Below are positions 1 to 12,807 of a stretch of DNA of 64,000 nucleotides, in pieces. This stretch comes from Phoronis australis (taxonomy: Eukaryota > Animalia > Phoronida). Each line of letters starts with the position of its first letter. The first letter of the stretch is position 1. Both the position numbers and the translations under genes were made by a program. The stretch covers positions 1 to 64,000 of the forward strand of contig NMRA01000588.1 in the NCBI GenBank assembly GCA_002633005.1, given 5' to 3'. Under the pieces are notes generated by a model. The model was not told where the DNA came from and did not search any database. It saw nothing but the letters and a program-made list of their open reading frames with translations.

Positions 1-3000
1 CGAACGGGAATTATAGCCTCAAACACAAAGTTTCTTTTGATTGTTTGCATTTGTACGTGTCACTTCAAAATAGGTTCCAACTTCTCACCCTGGATTTCAA
101 AATTCAATAAAAGTACACTCGTTATGGTTTTAAACCGTGTTACTTTTTATTTGGGCAAATGTCAATATGTATTGTATTTTTGAATGAAGTGTCAATTTTT
201 CCCAAAAGAGCGCGCATCAACAAAAGAACACTCGCTAACGTAGTGAACAACTAAAAAGCCAAGGCGTGTGAGTAAAAACAAAAAACAAAAAACGTTGGTC
301 ACGGTGCTAATAACCGATATGAATAATAAATGTTTACTAAATGCTATTTACTTGGGTAATTCCATACGCAGTGCAATCTGTGCACGCAGTGCCGATCCGG
401 GGCATCAATAAGCCTAGCTAGCTTGGGCAACTAGATGGTGAGCTTAGGACATGACTTGCCTGAGCCTTGCGTGGATCGTCACTTATTGGCCTAAATCGTT
501 TCTTTCAGTTAGCCCATCTATTTACGTGGGCTTATAAACACAAAACGTTGAAAATGAATTATTATTTCTCATGATCGGGTGTCAGCTGTCTTTGGCCTGG
601 TACCCAAACTTTCACTGAACTCAGTTGGTCAAATGAGTGATAAACCAATGAATTAAATGACAGTTCATCCTAGTAAATAGCCCTTACCAGCCCCTGAATA
701 GCTATACATAACCACAAAAAGGTGTTTTGTAAGAAATCGTTAAGTGCCAGTACTCCGATCAAAAACCGAGTCTCCGCAAGTGTTGTCAACTTAGTGAAAG
801 CCCGGCATCCAGATCCTCGCCTCACTCAGCACCGCCTTTTAATTCGAATACTGAATTTGAAATGCAACACCGGCCCGGGCGGGATAGACGACTTTTGTAG
901 GCATACCCTTTATTTGATTATTATAGTTTAATGTGCATCTGCTGCCATCAGGAGGAGTTAAGCGAGGTCGTTCACTACAGTATGGAACACGCACACATAT
1001 ATGCAAGAAACGGTTCTCCACTGATCCAGGCAGATCGGCCACAATTCTAGATTTTTGGATACCGGTACCTGTCCGACTAGGTGACAAAATTGCGGTTTGT
1101 AAAACTGAGTGGGACGCTTGTGGCCGAGATAAGTATAGTTCGGATGGCTTGCAACCTCTCCAAATCGCCGCCTTAGGAAGCAGCAGCTAGCCATCAACTT
1201 AAGCTAATCGAAGGCATCTCATATAATGCACGAACTGAATCAGGGGCGGATCCTGGATTTCGAGTAGGGGGGAAGGGGGCAGGGCACGGGAATAACCAGA
1301 ATTTCGACATATGAGCGCGCCCAGCCTAAATTGTGGGGACGCAGAGACCTCGGATGTGGACCTGTTGACTAAAAAAAAGGTTAACGCCGGGGGTTTGTTC
1401 AGTTTGTTCAGGGCCTATGCGTTGTTCATTCACCCCCGACGAGCCCCTGTCTGCGCGCACCGAACTCCCAAATGGTATCTGGTAGAATTTTAGGGGGACC
1501 ATGGCCCCCTTGCCTCCCNATTAGCCAAGACCAGTTACTAATGCAACAAAGAATAGTGTCGTAGTATCATCTAGCCTTGGTGGAAAGCTGTATACTGTAT
1601 TGGCTCTAATAAACGCTTAGAAAAAATCATTTCACGGGGAGGGGATTCTTATTGTAGCCTACCGCAGTTGAAAGCCAGTTTCCCAAACGGGTAAAATCGG
1701 AAGCTAGGATTCATAAAATTTACGCTTTGTGACGAATTTTAGCCTATGACAGTCTTTCTACAAAATTGTGGTGCATTGCTATGAACTTCCGCTGTTAAAT
1801 TACGATAATTTTTCAAAAAATTGTGCTCATCACAGGGCGAAAACTTGCCGACTGATGCGTCGCCGCTGAATCGCCATCGTCAATAGGAAAACTTGTACTC
1901 TTGAATAAAAATGCAACACGCCTTTGGACATTTTTAATAGTCAATATTGGGATTTTTTCCGATTTTGCGATCAACATAGTATTCTATTTTCCGACAACTT
2001 TGTGTTGTACATGACTTGCCAGCGGAGCCCTGAAGTAGGCAGACAAGACATTGAACCTGTTCCAAGGATGGTCGTTTTTCGTATAACTAGATTATTGCAG
2101 TAGATGAAGTCGGTACCAGTCTTCTGTAAAATGTGAAAAAGTTTATTTACTTTCACCCCCAGACTTTCCCAGTAATAACCTTAATTTTGTACAATAATTC
2201 TTGATTTCCTCTATTTAGTCTATATTTAGATGTTGGGTTTTTCGAAAAATTCCTTAAAATCAGGCAAAACGAATCAGCTCCAATCAGCTAAATTCGATAA
2301 AATATCTTAGATGACTTTGAAAGTGTCGAATTCAATCCTGTTCGTGTATGGCAAGATTATTCTATCGTTGTTGTGGATTGAGCAGGTCAAAAATTGTAAA
2401 CACATAAAAAACAACATTTAACAATTATCGACAGGCAAATGCACTGCCAATGTTTGGCATGAGCTCATTAACAAATGTCGTTGTACTTAGAACAAATGAA
2501 CACATGAAGAAATTAAATGCGGGACCTTGCAAAAAGTGTTATTTTGTTGAACACTTCCAGATCTCAGGTGAACCTGCTTTTGCCAGTTAAGAAATGTAGA
2601 GTGGGGGTTTATTTGCAGAACTTGTGGTTGGATCGGTCATAATCCCTTAATTTCAACATGTGATGTTATGATTACCCAATCACCAGCCTCGGTCCAAGTA
2701 CATGTATTTGTAGTGCTCAATATATACATGTATGGTAAAGTCGCGCGTTTTTTGTACTCTCCTGCAGAGGACTCGGTTTCGGCGGGTCAAACAACACTTC
2801 GTAGCAGGGAGTATAAATGTAAGCAAAAAGGATATCAGCATGTAAATTTCAACAAACTTAATCAAACATATCTATTAAGATTTTTTCAATCTGAAATTTT
2901 GAAGAAATATCCTTCAAAACATCTGCAGTCGTCAGTGTTATGTTACACCAGCATTCCAGGTCCACATAAGTACACAAAATCCACAACCTAGGTTTTGAGA

Positions 3001-5756
3001 TATAATCTTCAGATGCCACTAATTGTCGCACATGTGACGAAAACAAAGTAGTAATTACAAAACAAACGTCGCAATTACGAGCAAAAATCGTAATTGCGAT
3101 TTTTATCTCGTGTGGAAAAATCGTTATTACGAGAAGGAAATTATAGTAATTATCAGCTGGACAGTTATTACCAGAAAGTTATGTTAAACATGTAAACGTG
3201 ATTGGGTAACTTTAAGAGTATCGGCGAGAAAAGCGATTTTCTAAGATCAGCCCTAGCGTGGATTGTAACCTCAATCCTTCGCGATTGCAATTAAACGCTC
3301 TCCTGACAAACTAAAGCCCTCTAGATAAATACCAGAGCAGTAGATGAACTACAAAAGTCGTCGGTTTTGAGCGAATGTCTGGCAGCTGACAACTGCGAGA
3401 ATTGGTGATTTGTAATAAAATCACAAGAACACAACGGTTTTGTTGTTTTATAGTTTTGGTCAAAGATAATTACTTTAAAAAGTCTGTCACATGCAACAAG
3501 GATCTCAAGAATGTGTTTTTTTCCTTAAAACCGATTATGTCCCATTAATTGAAGTACACAGTTGAACATAGCAGTTGTCTATTATCAAGTCATGGCAATA
3601 CTCATGAACGTAATGGTTTAAAAATAGAAAATGTATAGAAACCTTGTCAGAGACACAATTTTTACGTGAGGTATTTTCAAATTGGTAATTTTAGGGTTAA
3701 CCAACTCCAAAGTGTGAAGCGCTTTATCGAGTCGATGCTTGTGTCGATGATCTTCTTCAGTTAGACTTGATAACGTCAGGATCATGTCATGGTCTGTTAT
3801 AAAAATATCAGACCGTTTTATGAGATTTTTTCGTTTATTTTAGCCAGCTTATCAGGCTAGAATGCAGCTCTAAAAAGCTGTTTTTGGCAACCAAGATCAA
3901 CAACGGGTGTAAAGTGCTGGTTACCGTGGCGGCCTCTACCGGCGATCACTGATTGTGTTACAACTGTGTACCATCTCATGATGTAGATCTCAGTATTTCA
4001 AAAGACCTCAGTGGAGACCAAACCGGAAACTTCTGATGGAAAAATATAGAGAGTGTACTCGGAAAATGGTCGTTTTACAACTTTCCAGAGTAGACAGTTA
4101 CGGGAGTAGGACTCTGTGCGCGCGGAGACTGCCTACGGAAATGAGTGGAGCAGTGACATTGTCGGAGAGTTTTACTGAGCAGATTTGTCATGTGATATTA
4201 CATGTAGTTCCACATTACGATTCCAGAGACGTCTAGTTCTTGACAAATGATGCGCAGCGCCACGCAAGCGACAATTTCACCATAATTAAAAGACATGTCC
4301 AAACTGAATAAAAAACGACTTTCCTTAGCATACGTACATGTACATTTGAACTGAATCCAACCTATGAAAACCATGTTGAAGCTGTATTACGCGTCACGAT
4401 ATTCCGGAACAATGACAAGAGGCTCTGTGAAGTACCAGCTGAGCGCAGGGCTTGCCACCTCCGAGGGGATTTGCGGTCGTCCACAGGTAAATCTGTGGAA
4501 TTCTAACGACCGCATGTCTATTGCACACTACTCTGATTGTATTGTAATTTTCCATGGTCAAAACCCACATACTTGCTTAGAAATTTTATCGTATTATGAA
4601 TGTGTCAGCGTCTCATTGTGTTAAGTACTTAGTATGAAATCAGACGCACCAGATGATGTGAGCCAACTCGTTGAAATCCGTTAAAAAAGTCTCCATTGAG
4701 AATTTCCGCAAACAACAGCCTGTTTCGCCTGGTTAAATACGCCTCAATAATAACGGACCACTACATAAATACATCGTATCTTATCAGGAAGAGATAACCA
4801 AAATGTGGGGTACAGGGAATGCGGTTCGGCTGTGTACGAGGTGCTTCGTAGGAACAGAACAAGACATTATGGTGTTTTCTTGTTGCTCCCAACTTTTTAG
4901 ATTCTATAGCCCAACAACAAGTTGGGAAGATCACCCTGTAGCCAATAACTTACACGACTGTCTGTGATTAACTCCCATTCTGGCATGGTTGGAGGGCCGG
5001 CTCACTTTTGTTCGATAATTGCTCTAATCTCCGATCAGATCACATCTAGCCTGACTAGGCTGTGCTGCTAAAAATAAAAGTTAAGTTATAGCATATTTGA
5101 ACATAACCAATAGGATTTTTGAATTCCTTGTCAAATGATGGTCATGTTTAGTTTTTGAATCACCAAAATCGCCCAACTACAACAGAAGTTAAAACAATCT
5201 ATTCTGTCCAAACGGATTACCAACGCACTGGGTTTGACTGTGTTCATACGCCTTCGGTAATAGCGTGCAACCACAGAATCTGCAATTTTGACTACTGGTT
5301 CTCACAACTAGTACCAAAAGTCTCCTGTAATGAACGAGGTCTATCGTTTGATTTTGTGCAAAATGGTACACAAACAAGATTTTGAAGAGTTAAGAAAAAT
5401 GAATCACTAGTATGTACAATTGCAAAAGATTCAGTACCGAATTTGAAAAATGTTTTCCTCATAAAAACGCTGGCGTCCACGCTTATAGGGTGAGCTACGC
5501 CGAGCGTGCGACTTTATTAATATAACGGGCCGCTGCGTATACATTTTTGGGTAAATCCAGAAAGAGTTATCCTCAAAAGTCGCATGTCAATATTTCCAAA
5601 ATGAGCGGCTTTACTGAATAAACCAGCTCGAGAGCTCCTCGACTTCTCGGTACAATAATGCTTGCTGGAGTTCACTCGAAGATGAAGACAAATCTTTCAT
5701 GGAACAAGTCCAAATGCTTATGAACAAACGGAGAAAACACGACACCTCGGTTACCA

Positions 5757-6350
5757 CAGTGGCGGATCTAGGATATCACAAGGGGGGGCAACATTTTGTC
5801 TGTAAACATTTGCTCAAAGCACGATTGTAGGCCTATATGCGCATAGCACCACATGGGGGGAAATTTTTCGATTTTGTCCTCTAAAAATCAAGCATTTTCC
5901 TTGATTCTCGAAGTATTATCTAAGAAAAAAAAGGCAAAAAACGGAGAAAGTGTCACACAGGAAAAACTGCAAATACCACGGACTCGAACTCACGACTTGG
6001 CTCTTGCTTGCTTTAGCACTGCACCACCACGCTTTACCACCAGACTTGATACTAAGAGACCTACTTGTTTATGATCCACAGCGTTTGCGTGCGAAACATC
6101 CTTCTTTTTGTAATGCTTATTACATGTTTTATATTTTGTGCAATCAGTTCGTAACAAATTTATTGTATTTAAAATAGTCTTCAATTACCCAAAAGACCAA
6201 ATCCGTTTTTGTGTTGGCAATAATGACGCGATTGCTTTGGAAATCGTCTTAAGTTAAGGTTTGACACAGAGAATTATGAGTTTCTGAGTGATTCACTAAG
6301 GCTTCGATTAAAATTGACATCTTACCAGCAGCTTCTGTTTTTTCATCATC
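5757..6350 (+). mobile_element. Non-autonomous DNA transposon family A (CAGTGGCGGATCTAGG terminus), copy 1
   Basis: About 600 bp is closely similar to 21332-21931 (+) and 16875-17479 (-). Starts CAGTGGCGGATCTAGGATATCACAAGGGGGG. A second CAGTGGCGG terminus starts at 6356 and runs into an N-gap. Confidence 0.8.
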
Positions 6351-7364
6351 ATTCACAGTGGCGGATCTACGTTTTCAGTAAGGGGGGGTTTAGNNNNNNN
6401 NNNNNNNNNNNNNNNNNNNNNNNNNNNNNNNNNNNNNNNNNNNNNNNNNNNNNNNNNNNNNNNNNNNNNNNNNNNNNNNNNNNNNNNNNNNNNNNNNNNN
6501 NNNNNNNNNNNNNNNNNNNNNNNNNNNNNNNNNNNNNNNNNNNNNNNNNNNNNNNNNNNNNNNNNNNNNNNNNNNNNNNNNNNNNNNNNNNNNNNNNNNN
6601 NNNNNNNNNNNNNNNNNNNNNNNNNNNNNNNNNNNNNNNNNNNNNNNNNNNNNNNNNNNNNNNNNNNNNNNNNNNNNNNNNNNNNNNNNNNNNNNNGCGG
6701 GGAGGTCGGGAGGAGGGTAAACCCTCCAACCGTTTAAGATAACTTTTTATTTTTCTAGCAAAAAAGTGAAATTTCCATGCATCCTGGTACGTTTCTCGCA
6801 CTTAACAGTTTTTCTTAAAATAATTAAAAGCCCTTCTCGATTTCGTCACATGAACTTTGCTCATAAGTTTCGTGAAACCATATTTGTGCACATCTGAGTA
6901 TGAGTTACACCACCAGCAAATTTTTTTGTTGGAACATCTGCTTACACGCACCTTTTTAGCATACGAAAACGTGTGATTTGTGCACAGGGGTTTAGACAAC
7001 TACCAAATTACCAATCATTCAAGAGCATAAGGAGCACCGACGGTGCGTAAAAACTTGAATATCAGATGATCGCAACAGCCTCAAGCTGCTTAAGAACGAA
7101 GACCTGTACTGTTAGTCCGGAAATGAACATGTGTTCTGTCTCGTTACGAGAAAACCTGGCGAACGATGGTGCTCTCAGCTCATAGTCTATAATTAAAGGC
7201 GACAAAAATAATAAAGTATCACTTTATTAAGCTGAATCACGTTGACAACAATTGAAAAACGTCAAATGCATCAGGAAACAAGTCATCTGAAAACAGTTTC
7301 ACGAAACCATAACACTCTCAGTGTAGGCCTACACCGTGATGAAAAGATACACGGGAGCAGTTCG

Positions 7365-7632
7365 CAGAGGGACCAGATGCACACTGAGAGTACACAAAAA
7401 CTCTGGCATGGTCCGTCACGAGACCAAAAGTACACCTCTGGTTGTTATCCCTATAAAATAGTCGATCTGTCGCGGGACCAAACAGTACTGGCTGACATAA
7501 ATAGTTTTACAAAGCACACTTTGGTAAAAAACATCACAAGTCTACTTCGCCGAGGGACCAGAAGTGCACTGAAACTCGATATCTACACAAATCAAGCTGG
7601 CCTGGTCCGTCGCGAGACCTAAAGCGTACTTT
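7365..7632 (+). repeat. Degenerate short repeats (about 5 copies of a GRGACCARAAGTRCACT-like motif)
   Basis: Motif variants near 7367, 7410, 7468, 7551 and 7603 with irregular spacing. Confidence 0.55.
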
Positions 7633-7679
7633 GCAAAAAAATTTTGAATTAAAAACTTCTCTCTAGACACTTTTTAATC

Positions 7680-8310
7680 CCCAGTGGATGCTCATACGTG
7701 TAGTTCATACATCTGGTGGTCAACTGCTGCGAGAGGTTGTCTAGGAAGTGTTTTCGCACCGTTCTGTAGTACTCACTGGAAGAAACAAGTATGGAGAACA
7801 GATTTAACTACGCACTACGTGAAATAAGATTTTGGATATGAAGCAGATAGACTCAAGTGGAAATACAAACCAGAATCACAAGCATAAAAAACAGACATTA
7901 TTACAAACTGTGTATAATTATAACTTATTACCTGGGTGTTTCTCCGGGAACGTTGGTCCTATCTTTTTGTTGTCTAGACTGCCGGGGAATCTGTACATCG
8001 GATCCAATGGTTTCCTGCTCTTGGAATCATTCTACCTGGACATCTCCGACGTTTGTTCCCAACGCTTGCACTTCGACAACAGCTGTGTCAATGAGCTTGT
8101 GCGCCTCTACATTGTCAGAATTTCGTTTCGCAGCTCAGTTGGCGCTAAGCCCCCTGAGATAATCAAGTCCATTCAAAACACTTACAGCGTGAGCAACTAA
8201 ATTCGATCCGTTCATCATGGACTACTTCAAACCTTGACGATGTATCCCAGCACCCATTTGCATCTCTTACAATTTTCGAAATAAACGTCCCAATGTCTGA
8301 ACGCTTGAAA
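7680..8310 (-). pseudogene. Degenerate hAT-family transposase fragment (THAP12/ZMYM1-like C-terminal region) with one intron
   Basis: Minus-strand translation LNGLDYLRGLSAN*AAKRNSDNVEAHKLID...VQIPRQSRQQKDRTNVPGETP|SEYYRTVRKHFLDNLSQQLTTR resembles hAT motifs of the type LSxxLQ..DI..A, PR..RQ..R.N.P..TPEEYYR..IPFLD. It has in-frame stops. A GT-AG intron at 7931-7776 joins the motifs in frame. Confidence 0.7.
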
Positions 8311-8999
8311 CCTGAAGTACTAACATCAAATAAATGCCGATGGGCATGGGCGTTTCTTCGGGTGGGCCTTCCTGCGGAAACTCCCAGTATAGAAGACGGC
8401 AGTGGTGCTTATTGCAGGTAGAAAGACGGTAGGTGTTGATGTCGGCACTAGGGCTCCTTAGGAGGCCCGTTGAACATCGCACGACTCCCGCAAGACTTTG
8501 TTGTGAAAATACAGCCTCCTCGCAATTTCTGGNNNNNNNNNNNNNNNNNNNNNNNNNNNNNNNNNNNNNNNNNNNNNNNNNNNNNNNNNNNNNNNNNNNN
8601 NNNNNNNNNNNNNNNNNNNNNNNNNNNNNNNNNNNNNNNNNNNNNNNNNNNNNNNNNNNNNNNNNNNNNNNNNNNNNNNNNNNNNNNNNNNNNNNNNNNN
8701 NNNNNNNNNNNNNNNNNNNNNNNNNNNNNNNNNNNNNNNNNNNNNNNNNNNNNNNNNNNNNNNNNNNNNNNNNNNNNNNNNNNNNNNNNNNNNNNNNNNN
8801 NNNNNNNNNNNNNNNNNNNNNNNNNNNNNNNNNNNNNNNNNNNNNNNNNNNNNNNNNNNNNNNNNNNNNNNNNNNNNNNNNNNNNNNNNNNNNNNNNNNN
8901 NNNNNNNTCATACTGGCAAATTTTCAAAATATCAGGTCTATACAAAAAATCTGCGCTTGTGGTGTTTCAGATTTTCCAGTCACCTCACCGATTTTTTGC

Positions 9000-9033
9000 T
9001 ATAAATACGACCTCGGCAGTGTGCAATCACTTT
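9000..9033 (+). promoter_or_regulatory. Core promoter of micropeptide gene A: TATA box and initiator
   Basis: TATAAATA at 9000-9007. Inr-like TCACTTT has its A at 9029, 29 nt downstream. The context (ATTTTTTGCTATAAATACG) and spacing are identical in the paralogue at 18090/18119. Confidence 0.7.
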
Positions 9034-9101
9034 TAATCCGGATAGCTGTTCAACAATTTCTGGAAAGGTACTATCAAACAGTAACAGAGTAGAGGCACTA
9101 G
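9029..9101 (+). other. Non-coding exon 1 of micropeptide gene A
   Basis: Runs from the Inr to the donor AG|GTAAGG at 9102. Contains no ATG. Homologous to 18119-18172. Confidence 0.55.
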
Positions 9102-10713
9102 GTAAGGCGTGTACATCTCTATATGTGTACTGACATATCAAATGAATTATCCTTAAGGAAAGGGAATTTTTGTGCGATTTTTGTTTTGTTGTAATATTAT
9201 TTCTAACATTGACAGGGTGTTAACGTCTGTAAATGCAAATTAAAAGCTTCAAAATAAACAGACTATGTTTCTAAGTATGTAGCTCAAATACAAAAATATG
9301 TAGTTTAGCATTTTGCGTAATTGATTACAAAATGCTTTTTTATGTTTTTCCGTGTTTTATTAAAATTCGTATTTTTACCACCGAAACCAAAGCTAATTTT
9401 TCACTCGGTAGCATAGCATATTCAGATTTCTTCGAAAAGTAGTCGCCTGCTTAGACCGAATTGTTTTGATCGGATTTAGTCTTAGTCGCATTGTAGGAAT
9501 TTTTCGCCGTATCGGTGTATTTTGCGAACTTGCAACAAAACAACTAGTAGAGGCAGCACAAAACTCAAAATCATCGCATTCATTTGTAACTTAGTCTAAG
9601 TTTGACGTTGACTGACTATGCGCAGTGTACGTACCCCCCAAGCTGTTCCATTTTTTACTGTTTACAAGTTGAACACTGGGACTCACATTGCTTTAACTAT
9701 TTTGACCAACTCGTGAATGTGTTGAAAACTAAGCAAATAGCACCAATAAAGTTTTTGAAAAAAGTAGTTACCTGTCATTTTCTTTTTGTAAGAATCATAT
9801 TGCAAGAGAAGAAGTTCTCATTACATGGTGTTAAGACATGAAATGTATCATCATCTAGAACAACTTGATCAGCATGGTAATAACTTTTATTTTAGTATGT
9901 GATACTTCTTCAATTTAATCAAAAACTTATTAAATTAACAGCTACCTTATGAATTTTTGCATGGTAGAAGTGGGTTGTGACCACAAGTTGTAGTGTACGT
10001 ACCCTTTTATGCAACTGTGATGCATTAGGCCATAAAATTTTATTTGGTGGTTTTTGTGCAAAAATATTTTAGATTACAAACCTGGAATGATGGTACTTTA
10101 AAATAACCCAGGTTTTACAGTTATATGACAGCCTTTATTTTTCATCAAAAGTGGCCACAGAATATGGACATTGATTGTGATTTGCCCGTATGTTTTGATA
10201 TCCTCTCACGCAAAAGGTGAAACTTTTAAGAACAAAAATGAAGCACTTTGGAAAACAGCGCATGAGGTGTGGTGCCTGAAAGTTTCATATAAATCCGATC
10301 AGCCATTCTTTGTATATGATACTCCACAGTTTGCCAAATTTGGTCATTTTGCGAGGGCCCATAAGCTCAAATCGAGGCCTACGGTCGACCACTAAGTAAA
10401 CAAAGTCATGGTAATACCACAATGTCACATCACTAAATGCTGGTTTTACTGTACATGTACACTAAGCAAGTTTTTAGTGGTTGCACAACATTGTCAGATT
10501 TCTTCAAAAAATCCTAAACTTTCCAAGGGCGTTGAAACGAAACTGACAAAGAACAAGAGAAAAACTCCGAATTGAACTGATTGGTCACGTTTTGTACCAT
10601 GCATGTAATGTGCTTTGAAACTGAAAGTATGTCAACGTTCACTCTGAATTAACATGTAACATCCGAGATTAAGATAGCAAATATGGACACCTATATACGT
10701 GTATGGTTTCAGA

Positions 10714-10829
10714 ATGAGTTCCAACCAACGGTCAAAGGGTTCTTACGGCGGCACCGGTGACAAAGCCGACCTGGGTAACCATTCCAACCAATGCAACCCT
10801 AACCACGGCCAATATCAAGGTCATCAAAG
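10714..10829 (+). CDS. Micropeptide gene A coding exon 1: MSSNQRSKGSYGGTGDKADLGNHSNQCNPNHGQYQGHQ(S)
   Basis: Acceptor TTTCAG ends at 10712, ATG at 10714, and a consensus donor AAG|GTGAGT at 10830 (phase 2). The paralogue at 25677 differs largely by synonymous changes in the motif. Confidence 0.8.
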
Positions 10830-11344
10830 GTGAGTCGATTGTCTATAGATGTCTTTAACTTTACTGAATCAATTATAGACGTGCAGCAGAGTCATGTAGT
10901 TCACGACACTACTTTTTTCATTTAACTTGAACCAGTATTACGGAAAGTGACTTCATTAGGCTTAAACTCTTCAAGTTCTTGGCAGCACGATTGCCTCGCA
11001 AACACTTCATTTTTATGAAAGTTGTTTACTCGCCCTCCAGACTCGTCGTTTTCTTTTAAAGAAAGTCTTGGTCAAAACCCGCAAAACTATATGTTTTAAT
11101 GTCAAAAACTCTCTTCCAAAGTATCGTCATCGCGTTTTTATCTTTGGTTAAAACGAAACGCTTGTGTTGGTCATATCGCTTCGGCGACTGAAAGCAACTC
11201 ACTGTGTAATTAGCTAATTGTATCAATATATTCGATTTTGACCATAACATGAGTATAAAACTGACGATCAAGGTTTTATAAAATTCCGTCTTTACGACCA
11301 GTACCCGACGTTTCACAAGTTCCACTGAGCCGAGAGCATGTTAG

Positions 11345-12150
11345 TAGCTGGATGCCATAGGATGACGACATTCAATTGAGTTGGGGTTTGTGTTTTAAGA
11401 TTGAAGCTGAAGAATTTTTAGATCTTGCTAACAAATTGCACAAAAACATTCGGATCACTAGAGAAGACGAATGTGATTATCAGCTCCATTTTCTGGACGT
11501 ATTGGTTGCCTGACATGGAAATGGTGAAATGGTAATTACTAGTATTAAAACCTACGTTCACAGGCAGGTTTATACATTCGCTGGGACAGTTTCGTCCCCA
11601 AACAGAACAAAAGAAACCTCGTTAAGAATTAACGGTATAAGGCTTATAACATTTGTCCTAGTCAACACAGTTCATCTGCAGAATTATGGTTTATTAAGAC
11701 TACATAAGTATCCAATAGCCAATTCAGTGCCGGATAACTTGACCTTTAATAACAATAATACCGCCATTCTCGGACCAGACAAAAAGAAAGTTTTTTTTTC
11801 TATCTACCTTATAAAGTTCAAAGTTCGCGAGAGTATTGGGCCAAGTAGCTCCTGCTGTGGGTTGTTCTGTTGTTATTTTTACTATCAATAATACGTAGCC
11901 TCAGGTCTCTCAATAGATCCAAACAATTCCAGACACCGACACAAAGCGATCTAAAGTTGTGTATTGTTTGACCAACTGTATTGAATGTAACGCATACTAT
12001 ATTGGCTTGACTTGTCGGGATTTAATGAACAATTCTGTTAACAGCCATGTGATAGATACCGGTCACGAGATGGATTTTGACAGCATTAGAATTTTAGATA
12101 ACGATGCTTGTCTCAAGTAATGACACACTATCAGTTCTTCAGAAACTAAG
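11345..12150 (+). mobile_element. Degenerate Penelope-like retroelement (RT plus GIY-YIG endonuclease relic) in intron 2 of gene A
   Basis: Fragmentary translations FLDLANKLHKNIRITREDECDYQLHFLDVLV, GLYIRWDSFVP, SKVVYCLTNCIECNAYYIGLTCR and SVNSHVIDTGHEMDFDSIRILD match the Penelope RT C-terminus and GIY-YIG motifs in the expected order, with frameshifts. Confidence 0.75.
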
Positions 12151-12312
12151 ATAGGAATCAGATGAGACCGATTTAATGACGGTAAGTAGGCCTATGTGAA
12201 ATGAAGATATTGTTTTGGCAGAAGACGCGATTTTGTTGCACTGTACATAATCAGCAATTGACACTAAATAACGACTCATTGTTATGAACGACTCAACATA
12301 TTGTGTTTTCAG

Positions 12313-12409
12313 TGGTTACCAAGGTACGGGCACCAAGGCGGACTTGTCGAACCACAGTAACCAAATGAACCCCAACAACCCGCGCCACGACCCACAGTGG
12401 AAGAAGTAG
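12313..12409 (+). CDS. Micropeptide gene A coding exon 2: GYQGTGTKADLSNHSNQMNPNNPRHDPQWKK*
   Basis: Acceptor TTGTGTTTTCAG ends at 12312. Phase matches the 10829 donor (AG+T = Ser), giving a 70-aa two-repeat peptide. TAG at 12407-12409. Confidence 0.8.
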
Positions 12410-12801
12410 GGCACAGTCAAGGAGATTTGAAAAATGGCACCCAACATGGAAATGGGTGTGAAATGAGAAACGCTACATTATTCATAGAAAAAGATGCTGA
12501 AAATCCTTAAAGCTGCGTGTCCTTACACTCTCTAACAGTAATCGCGAAAATTTAAAAGGGGTCATTCCCCGAAAAGATTCGTGATTACTGTTAGGAATAC
12601 GTGGACATGTGGCTTTCAAGATTTGTGTACCTGGAACAATGATCACGATTTGGTTCAATGTATAAAACTTAAATATAGTTAATATTAAATTTAGCAACCA
12701 ATTCGCCAAACCCGGTTTCAGCACTAAAACATTCGAAGATCTGCATACTGAAAATCTTAACAAATATGTTTTGTCGTGACTGAATTGAACATTGGCTCGG
12801 A

Positions 12802-12807
12802 AATAAA
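12802..12807 (+). terminator. Candidate polyadenylation signal of gene A
   Basis: AATAAA lies within a 3' block conserved with the paralogue (31812-31817). Confidence 0.5.

Noticed and set aside
700-5500. Short ORFs and a possible exon ending CAG|GTAAAT near 4486
   Set aside because: No recognisable protein similarity or partner exons could be supported.
7365-7632. Repeat-spacer-like pattern
   Set aside because: The repeats are highly degenerate and irregularly spaced. They are better explained as decayed repeats beside the hAT relic.
12176-12187. ATGACG|GTAAGT as an alternative first coding exon for 12313
   Set aside because: It is a phase-0 donor that would put the conserved motif out of frame, and it has no counterpart in gene B.
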